Below are positions 13,388 to 26,672 of a stretch of 64,000 nucleotides of DNA, piece by piece. Both the position numbers and the translations under genes were made by a program. The notes beneath the pieces are model-generated. The model did no database searches and was not told the origin of the DNA. It was given only the letters and a program-made list of their open reading frames with translations. Source of the DNA: Eledone cirrhosa. Taxonomy: Eukaryota. Each line of letters begins with the position of its first letter. Positions within the stretch are counted from its first letter, which is position 1. The DNA lies in assembly GCA_964016885.1 (NCBI GenBank), contig OZ024742.1, positions 19,406,001 to 19,470,000 on the forward strand, read 5' to 3'.

Positions 13388-13400
13388 TGGTGACCGACGT
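13388..13400 (+). promoter_or_regulatory. Primer-binding site, tRNA-Trp-like
   Basis: TGGTGACCGACGT 1 nt after the LTR end; equals the tRNA-Trp 3' complement TGGTGACCCCGACGT minus two C. Confidence 0.7.
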
Positions 13401-14973
13401 AAGAATATCACGCAGCCCTTCTTATTCATTCAGTTTAACTTTTATTGCCACGTCGCAACTTGCGAAAATCCAGAATATTCCTTTTAAGATTTTTGAAAAA
13501 TTAGCAGTATTTCAAAAACTTTTTCGCCAAGAAAAAATTTCAAGATGGCTACCGACATGTCATGGCTACACTTGACAACAACAATGACAGCAGCAGCGAC
13601 AGCGTTGTTTAACCACTGACCAATACAGGGAACAGTGAGTGGCAGCTTCATAACCTTACCGACGCCAACCACCACACATCGGAAATTTCAAAACGGCTTG
13701 TAACTTTACCGACGCAACCACCATACCTTCTGTCTCGTTACCACAGGGACGCGAGAAATTGAGACAGTAGTTTTCTCACCATTATGGCGTCAGACGTGAC
13801 TGCCATATTTGGTGACTCCTACTCTACAGAAGATTCTTTGACATTGCTTTAACAATAAGCAACACTACCGTGTGGCGGGACGGTATGATGGCCACGAAAT
13901 CTCACAAAAACACCATACATCTAACCCCTAACGGCATTAACAAACTTCTTTTTCAGTTTTCAGATAGAACTAGTGTCTGTACACTGGTGATGTGTGAACT
14001 ATTTGACTTTGAAAAACTTTGAACTTATTGAGCAATTTCTCTGCTCCCCTAGATTGACTTTGGATTATCAGTTTGTTACATTCACATATTTCTTTGTAGA
14101 ATGCATTTACTTGTTTTGTGCTCTTTTGCTATTTTCTTGCTCATGGTTTTTGTTCATTCACATTCTTTGCTGTTTTACATGTCTGCATATGCACACATTT
14201 TTTTTATCACACACCAACATGTTGTTCTTGGTATATGTTCTTCAAACGTAATATTCTGCGAGTCCCTTTTCACCTGGTTGAGATGCTGTCACATGCTAGC
14301 AGCTCACAGAGCTTAATCCACTGGATTCAAACAGGCACCGCAACACGAGAATACATTGCAGCTGAACTCAAACAGCTTCGCATCTCGTTGCACACTGATC
14401 GTCCATGACGGCCATCCGTCTTGTTGTTTTTGCCCGACTCGCTGGGAAAGCAACAAATTGAACTGGACTTGTCAACATTTCGGCCACTTCTGTGGATTCG
14501 CCCGAATTATGGAATTTACACTGCAACCCACCTACAGATTAAACTTGCCTTTTGTTCTTTACAAAGCAGCCAGCCATTTTTTCCTGGCTCCACAGCACAT
14601 TCGACAATACATCTGGGGGCCATCATTTTCTCGCCAGCACTGGTAAACTACCATAATAGCTTCGTTCACAGCTACTGGTACAACGCTTACCATTAACATT
14701 TAATGCAAGAACAGCAACTCCGCCCATGTCAGACTTTATCCGTTTTTTGTTAGACCTTTGGCGGTCACGTATAAACAACAAAACAACTGGTCATTTGACA
14801 CAGCGGCTCAACACGGCCCGTAGCGCCTAATTTTTTGTTCTTGCATGCAACCTTCTGCTCAATTATTTTTTCACTGATGTGCTCTTTCAGCATTTGTTCT
14901 TGCTGATTTAATAATATGTGGGTCCTTGGTTTCTTCGTTATCGATTTTCGGCTGAAAATCTGGTCGGAGGTGA

Positions 14974-15527
14974 TGTAGTGACCTACATTCCGCGGGCTCA
15001 CATACATTCTCTGTGCGTGATTTGGCTCAGTTCAGCCAATCAGCGCCAGTAGAAGAGGATATATCCCTACGCGCCCTGAGGAAGAAATTCCCCGCGAAGA
15101 TTTGAAGAATCTCACTCTTGTACCAGAAACTTCGAGCCAGCAACACGCATAATGTAGCAGTGAGATATTGCACCCCTAGCCTCGCCGGCTTAACGGCGCA
15201 ATGGCACATTCCCTTTTCTAACCTCTTTTTATCTGTAACTTCAACCATATAAATAAACAGACATTTCATCTCTAATTACTGCGGTTGAAGTCGTTATTAT
15301 ATTAGTCGTGTCTCAATAACATCTTTAATCCATGCTGCTGGAATTGGCGACCTGACGAAAGGAATATTGTAAATAGATGGTAAATAGATCGAGGGACCTT
15401 CCCTCACGTCTATGTCAACAAGATAATCCAACGAGGATACTATCACTTACCACACTGGCAACTAACGACCACTGATTCTACCACCCTGCTAAAGTGGCGA
15501 TAACATCTATAACCAATAACTGCTAAA
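14974..15527 (+). repeat. 3' LTR (TGTAG...CTAAA)
   Basis: Offset exactly 2141 bp from the 5' LTR at both ends. Confidence 0.9.
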
Positions 15528-16200
15528 TAACTATGCTGGAAAGCATGGCGTCCGACCCTCTACCGATACTGCCAATCCACCGCCCTACCATGGCGTCCGA
15601 CCCTCTACCGATACTGCCAATCCACATGATGATAATGATAATAATACAGACAGCGTTATGGTGTTGACAAATTGAATGATTAGGAACAACACACACTCTC
15701 TCTCTGTATATATATATATATACAGAGAGAGCGAAATAGATACATATACACACACACATAGAGATAGATATATGTGCGTGTATATATATATATATATATA
15801 TGCACACCTTTACACACACACACACACATACAGTTTGAATTTTTCTCTCCTCCTTTCTCTTTAGCTCAAAGTTACAACATAATTAATGATTGTGAAAAAA
15901 GAATAATGTTTCAGTGTTTACAAAAGTTATGTTTAAGGTTCAGTTGATAAGTAAGGTGACCAGGTTTAATGTCTATTCTCGTATACGACTCATGATAACG
16001 ATCTAATGGTTTCGTAAACGGTGTTTCACCATCTGTGAAAATCAGACACAATGAAGTTATTTAGATATTTATGTGGCTTTCCCATTCGTACTTGTTACTG
16101 GCGGTAGTGATATCATAACCGATACCTCAACCTTGTCAACTATATATGTCTGTACGTTTGTTTGTCAGTTCCTCTTTTTCTCTCTCTTTATAATATATAT

Positions 16201-16360
<160 letters not shown>

Positions 16361-17490
16361 AGTAGTAATACAACAGTTAATTCACCATACCAAAAACTGC
16401 TCGGACTGTAATGGTTATCTCTCTCTCTCTTTATTTATATATATATATATATATGAGAGAGAGAGGGGGGGGGGGGACATTCTCTTCCCCATATTATCAA
16501 ATCAAATTAAAACAAGTATAATCACGTGATTTACAATAGATCTAAGATTTAATCGATATTTTCCCTAGGGAATAGTTATAAATTGATATCGAAACCTTTA
16601 AATGCTTTTTATTCTCAGTAAAACAATATGGTTCTCTCTAAACTAAGCAAGCCACTCATTAACAAAATCAATTAAGTTCTGGAAAGATTAGCAAACACAA
16701 AAGACTCAAGGATCGTCACGATGAATATAAAATATTATTAGAGTGAAAAGATTGTCGTTTAATTTGTAGTTTCTGGATATTTGTCTTCACTGACAATTAC
16801 ATAGCGCCATTTTGGTTAAAAGATTTGCCGCATTTGTTTTCAAAATCGTATGTATGTTTATATGTACGTGTGTATGTTTATATGTATGTATGTGTATGTA
16901 TGTATGTATTGTATGTATTTATGTATGTTTGTATGTATGTATGTATGTATGTGTAGATTTAAATATGTATATATGTGTTTATATGTGTGCATACATATAT
17001 TTATGTATGTGAATAGTATATATATATATATATATATAATTACCCTTGTAAAATTCGTTTAAATACATGTAGGAAACCTTTGTAAATCCTAATAATTGTC
17101 TCATTAAATGGAAGTTAATGTTTTTACCATTTTCTCTGGTTAGTTGATCTTCTGTCTACTTCATTGTTCTTCAGAAGTTCACATCTCAACAGACATTACT
17201 TTATTATCATATAGTTGTGAAGATCAAGTTCATAAGATCACAGCTGTCTTTGTGAATAGTTTAAATTTTGCAGTCTATGGTATAATTAAGTTTACAAAGT
17301 CCTAGATTCCTTCGCGGAGTAAATGTTGTAAATGACAATGCAAGCTCCTAGAAACCTTCTCTATATTGAAGTAAAATTAATCAGCGGATACACAGTATTG
17401 GAAAATGTACTAATATAATTAATTGACTTCCTGAGACTGGTAGGGTAAGTTTAAATAAACATATGGTGTTAAATCACTTAAACTATAATT

Positions 17491-17657
17491 CTACAAAGTA
17501 CTTCAGCAATGCTGATATAGTCATTGCCTCTGTCTCTCTAGCTCTCCCCATCTCTGACTATTATAAGCAAATAGGAGCCCACGCGCTGGCCGCCCCGTGG
17601 CCCCGGCGGACAGAATAGAGAAGGCGTTTCCCCGGGGGATGGTGAGGGAGACGCATT
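17491..17657 (+). mobile_element. Dispersed element copy (satellite-donor family), 3' truncated
   Basis: ctacaaagtacttcagcaatgctg...actattataagcaaat...cccacgcgctggcc...ggatggtgagggagacgcatt. Confidence 0.8.
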
Positions 17658-18035
17658 ATAGGACATATTCGAGAAGGAGGGGTAGTGCACCATCTTTACT
17701 GGTCTTGCTACACTGCTGAGAGTGAAATTGTTTAAATTTAGTTTGAATGTTGACGTCTACAAGACAAATGTAGACGGGTAGACGTGAAAGGAATTAGAGT
17801 GTGTTGATGTTTTGAGTAGGAAAGATATGGTGAAGGAGCTTAGTGCAATTCTGGGAAGTGAAATACAATAGAGGGTGCTTCATGTTGGATTGGGTAGAGA
17901 TGATGTGTAACTAGTGGGTTTAGAGAAGCAGAAGTCTACACTTTTGTAGTCAGGATAAAATAAAACATACGAGATATGTACTTCAGCATATGTACATAAA
18001 CACAGATACACACATACATAATTTATAGAAATATA

Positions 18036-18190
18036 TACGAGGGGGTGATGAAAGGTTCCTGGCTTTAAGGGTATCGTGAAAGGGTAGAGCTGTTACATTT
18101 ACAGGGGAGATAGGACCACTGCAATAAGTGTGTGAATCTGAGAGAGGAATATGTTGGATAAAATCATAATTAACTAATCCCCCTGCATAG
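18036..18190 (+). mobile_element. Internally deleted mariner-like relic
   Basis: TA+cgagggggtgatgaaaggttcc resembles a mariner TIR; DHCNKCVNLREEYVG* resembles the mariner transposase C-terminus (RWxKCVxxxGxYVE*). Confidence 0.6.
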
Positions 18191-18438
18191 CCTCAATAAG
18201 TTCATATCGAAGGGTTTTTCTGCTGCGGTTTCAATTTCAATTTTATTTTTATTCAACTGGGTAATTGAATTGTATATTGCGTATTTTTGGCTAGTTTAGG
18301 TGTGTCGTGGTTATTGAGGGTTCTATAAAGATATAGGATACATCACATATTTTACTGAAGTATTGTTTTTCTTTATTAATTTTTCATTGACAAATTCTTA
18401 AAATGTTTTTTTAATCCATTTTTTCTATTTCTTTGCAG

Positions 18439-18517
18439 TGCTGTGAAGTCAGCGTCATCCTCATATTTTGGGAGATGCCCAGGTCCTTACAGACAATATA
18501 AAGTCTGTAATACTGAG
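18439..18517 (+). CDS. Exon of the same ADAMTS-like gene, C-terminal part of the TSP1 domain
   Basis: ttttctatttctttgcag| acceptor, GAG|gtaagt donor. T+AVKSASSSYFGRCPGPYRQYKVCNTE; the phase (AA+T=Asn) joins exactly to exon 8688-8794; CxGxxxQYxxCN motif. Confidence 0.9.
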
Positions 18518-18624
18518 GTAAGTGGTTTACCAATCATTAGTCCCTTAAAGGTCTCTTCCCATGTCTGCCAATACTAAACTACTTCATATGTTTCAACAAT
18601 GATAATAAATCATTGTATTACTGA

Positions 18625-18930
18625 ATGGTTAAGATATTTGCTTTGCAATGGTTAGGTCCCAGGTTAGATCCTTCTGCGTGGTGTCGTGATCATTTACTAT
18701 AACCTCGGATCGAACCATGTCTCGTGACTGAATTTAGGTAGACGGAAACTGTTTGAATGCCCGTCAGATGGATTGCACCTGTAATTCAAAGGTCTAACTT
18801 TGTCCATATTTTGTCACACTGAATCTCCGCGTGTCTGTGGAATGATCTGCCTCTTACACGTTAATTTCATAAGCAGGCTGTTCCGTTGATTGAACAACTG
18901 AAACACTCCTCGTATAAAGCAACGGGGATC
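18625..18930 (+). mobile_element. Second SINE-like family (degenerate)
   Basis: Tail tgtcacactgaatctc...gtgtctgtggaa...gttaatttca...ctgttccgttgat shared with 42245-42528 (+), 30060-30270 (-) and 63340-63690 (-). Confidence 0.55.
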
Positions 18931-19009
18931 CATTCCATTTCTTGATAGTAAATCTCACTTCAAATGTAAGAGGAGGTTGGTGCCATGTTGTTCCTTCTAA
19001 TATTATCGT

Positions 19010-19315
19010 GGCATAGAGTTATGGCCATTTACATTCTGAGTTCAAATCCCGCCGAAGTTAGCTGTGCCTTTCATCCTTACGGAGTCGATAAAATAAAGCA
19101 CCAGTAATACACTGGGATAGATTTAATCGATTTATCCCTGCCCTTCAAATTGCTTGCCTTGTGCCTAAAGTAGAAACAATTATTTCTAAGTTTTGCCTTT
19201 CCTCCTTACGGAGTCGTTAAAATAAAGTACCAGTAATGAACTGGGGTTGAGGTAATCGACATTTCCCTCATCCAAAATTGTTGGCCTTGTGCCTAAATCA
19301 GAAACAATTATTTCT
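19010..19315 (+). mobile_element. tRNA-derived SINE with duplicated 3' half
   Basis: ctgagttcaaatcccgccgaag...gcctttcatccttacggagtcgataaaataaag..ccagtaat...ccttgtgcctaaa..agaaacaattatt; the 3' part occurs twice. Confidence 0.75.
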
Positions 19316-20766
19316 TAGCTTCGCAAATTATCCTGAAATTTTTAGTTTTATTTATTTCCTTGTAAGTCAAAAGGATCCAATATATTTCAGCTTTTTAACA
19401 TGAATATAAATGAATTTCTGTATCCCTCTTAATTACTATAGGGCTTTTGTGGGGGTCACGGGGTTACAGTGTGACTTTAGGAAAGAATTGCTTATTATCC
19501 GTAATCAGAATAACTTAATTGCCCAACGAAAATAATTTTTGATCAAAGGTTTATTTCAAATAAATTTTCAATAATTCGTGACAACTATTTCTTTCATTCT
19601 AAGTGATTAGATTCTTTATTCATTGTAACGTACTGGTGTAAAATTGGTAAAAATAATATAAATATATCTTTAAAGTAGTCCTGTCAGTATTCGTGAAGAT
19701 CCCTATCTGACCTAAATTTCTTATAACATAAGACTAGACGACAGATGTTAAACCTAGGAATGTATGAAACCTAGGAATGTATGTATGGACATGTAGCAAC
19801 TTGTGAAATCGTAAGGGCACCGACATGATATGCATCGTCTCTTGTACATTTTTTTAAAAACCTGGTGGATCCCAGATCCTCTCCAAACCCTGTGAATGCT
19901 TTAATATAAAATCTCGGGCCCCTCACATATACACAGCGGGACTTTTGGTAATGAATTTAATTCATTCCAGAATATTATTTTTTAAGATATAAATGTTTCC
20001 ACATCAATGAAACTATATATAGTATACTTAGAGCAAATTCAATCTATACCTCAGTCAATACGGAAAGCTTACTTGTAAATATTCCCTTTAAAAATTAATT
20101 AAACACAAATCTGCAAGTATGTAGTGTCAAACTACATACATTATAATACCAACAGTAGATTTGAACTCAGGAGATTTGAACTGGGTGCTGCAAAACAATG
20201 CTCTTCTTGTCATCTCAGATATGATATATAATTCCAGTAATTGTAAAACTACATTCAACAAAACAAATACATCGTTGACTGATGTCTTTCTGTTATATGA
20301 ATCCTCAAAGTAATTAGTTGACAAAAACTTCCTTCTGGGACTGTCATAAATCTAAAAATAGCCAGCAAGGGAGATAACTCCAATAAGATAAGTTGATCGA
20401 TGTTCTGTTCTTTTTACAGAATAGACAATGACGAATGGAAAAGATTTTGTGGATAAAGATGGCTAGATAAAGCAACAGACATGTTCCACTATATTTAGAA
20501 TATCCTAAGTAAAGAACATTCTAATTAGTTGAAAACGCCTAGAGGAAGTCTTTGTCTACTAATTGCTGAGATAATCTCAGTTAATCAGTATTTTCCTACT
20601 CGGTATAGTATATATATCTATATTGAGTATGCAACACTTTCCTGTGACGTATTTTCCCTCAGGCATATTGTTTACCCTGTATATAAATATATATATATAT
20701 ATATGCACTTATACAATACATACACACACACATACATACACACATACATGTGTGGGTATGGGTGGG

Positions 20767-20809
<43 letters not shown>

Positions 20810-20989
20810 GCGGTACTCAGTAACAGAGAAGACCCGCCTTACCTAAATACATAGTAAAACCTACTACAGCCTGTAGGCATCTCTAACAAAATACACCCCG
20901 TCACACCACCCCCACCCCATCCACACCACCCCCTTCTATGTAAAGTTATGTTGGTGCCACGCCATCCAGGCCGAAACAAATGAGATCGT

Positions 20990-21238
20990 GTAGGTGTCAC
21001 GACAAAAAAACACACAGTCCACGCTGTAATGTGGCCGTGTAGGCAACACGGTAAAAACCTCCCAGACCCACACTGTAAATGTGGTTGGTGTTAGGAAGGG
21101 CATCCAACTGTAGAAAACCTGCCAGACAGTCCTATGCGAGCAAGACAATCACTCTTGCCTCAAGTGGGAATACCCCCGTCCAAACCCATGCAAGCATGGA
21201 ACACGGACGTTAAACGTTGATGATGATGATGATGATGA
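20990..21238 (+). mobile_element. Retroposon relic with (TGA)n tail
   Basis: gttggtgttaggaagggcatccaactgtagaaa...catgcaagcatgga...ggacgttaaacg(tga)n; motif recalled from RTE-associated elements, not verified. Confidence 0.45.
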
Positions 21239-21287
21239 CACACACATATACTTTCATATATATATATATACATATATACACATATAC

Positions 21288-21328
<41 letters not shown>

Positions 21329-21468
21329 TATACTTTCATATATATATATACATATATACACATATACTTTCATATATATATATATACATATACTTTCATA
21401 TAGATATATATATATACACATACTTTCATATATATATATATATATACAATATATATATATACATATAC

Positions 21469-21513
<45 letters not shown>

Positions 21514-22051
21514 ATATATAAATACATATACTCACACACACACGCACACACACATATATATATATATATATATTTACATTATATAGGTGTGACAGGGTGT
21601 AACTTTCCTGGAACAAATAATTAAAGCGAGATTTATTCAATCCTTCCAGAGCTCCTATACATTTTCAATAGGAATTCTTTCTCGATTTAGTCCCCGCCTC
21701 GCCGAAGGGTATAATTAGTGGCTGTTTGTAGCTATAAAAAGATAGACTGGTGTAGTTAATCTGAAATAAGATCTGTATTGAGAAACGAACCAGCTTGTAT
21801 CATTATAGACATCGTCCATCTATCTGATGTCCTTAGGAATAACCTACCTAAATACGTTATTAATGCTTCGTTGCATTACACCTGCGCAAAATGAAATGTT
21901 TCAAACACAATTTTCTATTTTTCATCTTCAAAGTCTATACTTTGTAACTAACCACTCTACGGTTAGTTACAATCTGTTGCTAACAAAGCAATACATACAT
22001 AGGCATAATTATAATAGTTACTTAAATCCAGACACAATACACCAACACAGA

Positions 22052-22091
<40 letters not shown>

Positions 22092-22979
22092 TGAATGAAG
22101 TTAATATGTCCAAAGATACTAAGTACCCCTAGAAATACATAGGTTGTCTATGATTCAAGGTTGTTCAATGGTATTAATTTGATATACCAGAACTTTAATA
22201 TTAAGATAAGCAGAACAAGTAAAATTCAACCAATTTTTCAAAATAAATTAAAAAATATAATATAAATATTTACCTCTTCTAATGGCCCTTACTGATCAGT
22301 TTCGCTTTGTAAAACCCCAGAATCCAATGGATATCTGATATATATATATATATGAAAGAGAGAGGATTGAGAAGTAAATCCCTGACAGCGACACCAAGCC
22401 GTTTCGGGAAGCCTTTTTTAACCATGTTTAAGAAAAGGCGAAGTCTCTTGGCGTGACGGTTGGGAGTGTGTGTATATATGTGTATATGTATGTATAAATG
22501 CATATATATCTATATATTATACATACACATACGTATACACTCGTATACAAATACATTTTTTTATTCAGTACTCTACAATTCTTCTGCACTTTTGGCTACC
22601 AAGATCTCTCGACGAGATCGGAACTTAATATACACACACATTCTTAAACATACACACATTCTTAAACATACAAACATACGTGTATGTGTGTGCTACAATA
22701 AGTGTATGTACGTGTGTGTGTGTGAACTAATGTGTTTTACTTTATATATATATGTGTGTGTGTGTGTGTGTATGTGTGCTTACGTGTTTAAGTACCCCTG
22801 AATACGTACTATAATGTGTATGTGTACCTGTGTGTGTGGACGTGTATATGTGTGTGAATTAGTGTGATTTACTATGCATACATATGTGTGTGTACGTATG
22901 TGTGTGAATTAGTGTTTTACTATATATATATGTGTATATATGTGTGTGTTTGCGTGCTTGCGTGTTTAAGTACATCTGA

Positions 22980-23055
<76 letters not shown>

Positions 23056-23456
23056 ATGAGTATGCACGTGACTCTAGACACTCATTCATCTGTAGATCTA
23101 AACAAAGGCATTAGAGTAAACCATCTTTTAAAAACTGAAATATTAAGGTTGCTAATATAAAGGTCAACTTCTGTGAAGTGGGGTCATATAAAAACCTGTT
23201 ATTTTATCTTCAAACCCAAATACAGTTAAACGGAAGTCAGCAGACAAATGCAGAACCAACAGCAAATAACACTTATTATTCAGTCTGGAGTTATCATTAA
23301 AATATTAACATTCTAAATCAGAAAATTCTGAATGGTTACAGTTTGTAATATATTTTATTTTGTTTTATTGAAACTACCTCACATACAACTGCTATACAGT
23401 TGATGGATCTACGTCGGTTCCGACGATAAATGATATGTAGACACATTACACACACA

Positions 23457-23508
<52 letters not shown>

Positions 23509-23619
23509 CGCGTATATATATATATATTTATTAAAATAACAGATTAAAGCTTAAGCAAACAATCGAGCCCTCTTTGGATTTTAGTCTTCGCATTTATTAT
23601 TATTACTATATATATATAT

Positions 23620-23750
23620 ATTTTATAGAAGGAGCTTCTACAGGACTAGTACTGTTTCATTCAGATGAAATCTTCAGGAAGCACTGTGCTTCCTGAAGAT
23701 TTCATCTGAATGAAACAGTACTAGTCCTGTAGAAGCTCCTTCTATAAAAT
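23620..23750. ncRNA. Perfect palindrome of two head-to-head intact hammerhead motifs (+ 23688-23736; - 23634-23682)
   Basis: GCTTC-CTGAAGA-T.TTC(ATCT)GAA.T-GAA-ACAG(TACTAGTC)CTGT-A-GAAGC, centre 23685. Same architecture as 591-641 with a compensatory change in stem I. Confidence 0.8.
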
Positions 23751-23823
23751 AAAAAAATTTTACTCTGCCATGTATTGAGTACCTTACTTACTGTGGTTAT
23801 CCCCGACTCAACCCGGGACCTAC

Positions 23824-23895
<72 letters not shown>

Positions 23896-23898
<3 letters not shown>

Positions 23899-24038
23899 TA
23901 GAAACACAACAGTTAATTCACCATACCGAGAACAATTGTTCTCGGTATGGTGAATTAACTGTTGTGTTACTACTTCTACCAAACTCCTCCAATGGACTGA
24001 GTGCTCTACCACTACGGATATTACCTTCCAGTGTTCTA

Positions 24039-24040
<2 letters not shown>
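23896..24040 (+). mobile_element. Palindrome-plus-tail element between (TA)n tracts
   Basis: acacaacagttaattcaccataccgagaacaa|ttgttctcggtatggtgaattaactgttgtgt. Arm recurs at ~16360 and tail at ~35885. Confidence 0.65.
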
Positions 24041-24137
<97 letters not shown>

Positions 24138-24183
24138 GGCTTCTACGGGACTAGAAGTGTGGTTACCCCCGACTGAACCCGGG

Positions 24184-24300
<117 letters not shown>

Positions 24301-25750
24301 CATTCACATATACGTATACACATACACATATATGTATACACATATATATATGTGTGTGTTAGTCTGTACATATTGTAGAAATGGTGAAAATGTTTGCAAT
24401 ATTTTTTGCAATCGTTGTATGTTTAATGTAGTAAATATATCTCAGTTATTTGCCTCCGTGAGAACAAAACATTTGCACAGCCGACTGCTGCAGTTCTTAT
24501 GTCATTGGTGACGGCAGTTTAATTTCACTGAATTAATACAACTTAGAGACACTTTGTTGATATTTACTTGTTCCCTCCCAGCCAGGATTACACTAATTCT
24601 TGCAGGTTTATGTCAACATACATTGTTTCTCTCTCTCTATTTTTAACTGTGTATCATGTTTTGTAAAAGTGTGTGGCTTAGAGGTTAGTGTATTGGGCTT
24701 CCGATCGTCTATGTCGTTGTTTCGATTTCTGTACCGGGTTACACGTTGTGGTCTTAAGGAAAACACTTCATTTCAGATTATTGTATTTTTTTCTTATTGA
24801 CTGACAAGATCCCAGGCCTCATTTGCTTACCATGTGGCGTGGAGCACGTCAAATTGAACCAAGGAAACAATGTTCCCATTGTTTTTTCCATTGCTGATAC
24901 TATCTACCACTCGCAACTCCGGCCAGAAAGAGCAACATGAAGTAAATTGTCTTGCTCAAGTACTTAACACACCGTTCGGTCAGGGAATCGAACTCACACC
25001 TCACGATTGCGATCCAGTTCTCTAACCACCAAGCCACGCACCTTCACATTTCATTTTGATGGACTCAACTCAACTGAAAATGAGTACAAGCAGTAGCAGG
25101 TAGGGGCTAAACCAGCGATAGACTGGCGTTTTATCCAGAAGTCTTGTTCTTTCAGTCACTTAATACCAATGAAACCAGGATAAGCTCCGTCCTTATGGAC
25201 GTCAAATCTTGGGACAGACTTTAACCTTTTACGGTGTTTAGAATTAGTTTCTCAACTTTGACGAATGACCAATTCTAGAATTCTCTACATTTTTGTTGAG
25301 TTGTAAATGACTGAATAGATATAGCATTGGACAGTGAAATGAGAGCCTAAGGCTTCGTCTCTTGTAAGAGGCATTGTATTTTATTCTCGTGTCTTTGGTC
25401 AAGCCATGTAACTCGTAACAGCTCAGTCCACTTAGAAAGAGATGGGCACGACAGGGTGGTATATTTGACCACTGTTAACAGCAGGTGCATTGTGAAATTG
25501 TCGAATAATTTGTTAGTTTTCAGTGATTAGTTCCTGAAAATGTATACCTGTAATACACTAGTGTTTTATTTTTATGAAGAGATGATCTCTCTTATCCGTT
25601 TAATGTAATAAAACTGTAGCTATACATCGTTCCAGTGAATTGTAGTGGTGGGGACTGACGAAGGGACAGTATCAAACAGACAGCCCTGTTCATTTATTTT
25701 CTGTTATATTTGAAGTAATAATCTCATTCATCTTATTATTTTACCTAAAG

Positions 25751-25940
25751 AAGGGCGGTGAATTGGCAGTATCCGTAGAGGGTCGGACGCCATGCTTTGA
25801 CGCAAAGAGTTACGGCCCTTGCTATTCTGAGTTCAAATCCCGCCGAGGTTAACTTTGCCTTTCATCCTTACGGGGTCGATAAAATAAAGTACCAGTAATG
25901 CACTGGGTTATTGCTGGCCTTGTGCCAAAAGTAGAAACAA
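25751..25940 (+). mobile_element. Full-length tRNA-derived SINE with 15-bp TSD
   Basis: TTATTTTACCTAAAG at 25736-25750 and 25941-25955; B-box GAGTTCAAATCCC; central gcctttcatccttacggggtcgataaaat resembles the MetaSINE-type core (from memory). Confidence 0.9.
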
Positions 25941-26020
25941 TTATTTTACCTAAAGTTGGTTCCATGATACAATTCTAGGGTACCATGAGATATGGTGTCT
26001 TTTAATGAAATTTAACAATT

Positions 26021-26051
<31 letters not shown>

Positions 26052-26437
26052 ATGTATTTTACTATGAATTAACAGTTTTGTGTTCAATTTCATTGTTTTA
26101 ATATTTCTAATTTGACTCTGTATCCAATTGAATTATATCATAATCTATAAAGCTCAGTGTGTGGTCATGCTCCTTCGTTATAGAAATCTACGATATAGAA
26201 TTTCTTCAATTGAAATTTACAATTCAGTATTCGAAATAGTTTCGATTGCGTCTTGACGCAGATAATTTTTTCAATTTCACCCACAATTACGCAAAAAATA
26301 GATAAAACTCAATATTTTACGATTTTTCTCTCTCATTTAAACTGCTGAACTCTTTCTACTACCATTCAAAATCTATACAACTTCATACTTTCTGCTACTT
26401 TCTCTTTCCAAGCTTGATGGTGATACTGTCCGTTCAC

Positions 26438-26672
26438 ACCACTCCCTACTGTCTTAAATTTAGAAAACACATATCCTCTATGAGGTTACTAAACTTGCTA
26501 GAAACAGCAGCTAACTCTCCCCCATATCACACCCCTCCCCACACCACTCCCTACTGTCTTAAATTTAGAAAACACATATCCTCTATGAGGTTACTAAACC
26601 TGCTAGAAACAGCAGCTAACTCTCCCCCATATCACACCCCTCCCTACTGTCTTAAATTTAGAAAACACACAG
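26438..26672 (+). repeat. ~100-bp tandem duplication (about 2.3 copies)
   Basis: ctccctactgtcttaaatttagaaaacac occurs three times and explains the repetitive 158-aa ORF. Confidence 0.85.

Larger units (their letters stand above)
12833..15527 (+). mobile_element. Non-autonomous LTR retroelement, probably a Ty3/Gypsy (CsRn1-like) derivative
   Basis: Two 554-bp direct repeats, TAAC target-site duplication (12829-12832 and 15528-15531), PBS-like TGGTGACCGACGT at 13388, short purine tract ggaggtga before the 3' LTR, 1587-bp interior without a long ORF. Confidence 0.9.

Noticed and set aside
20127-20500. Possible Penelope reverse-transcriptase relic on the minus strand
   Set aside because: Only vague resemblance; diagnostic QxxGxxMG and YxDD motifs not visible.
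25751-25850. tRNA gene
   Set aside because: A/B boxes belong to SINE heads; no cloverleaf.
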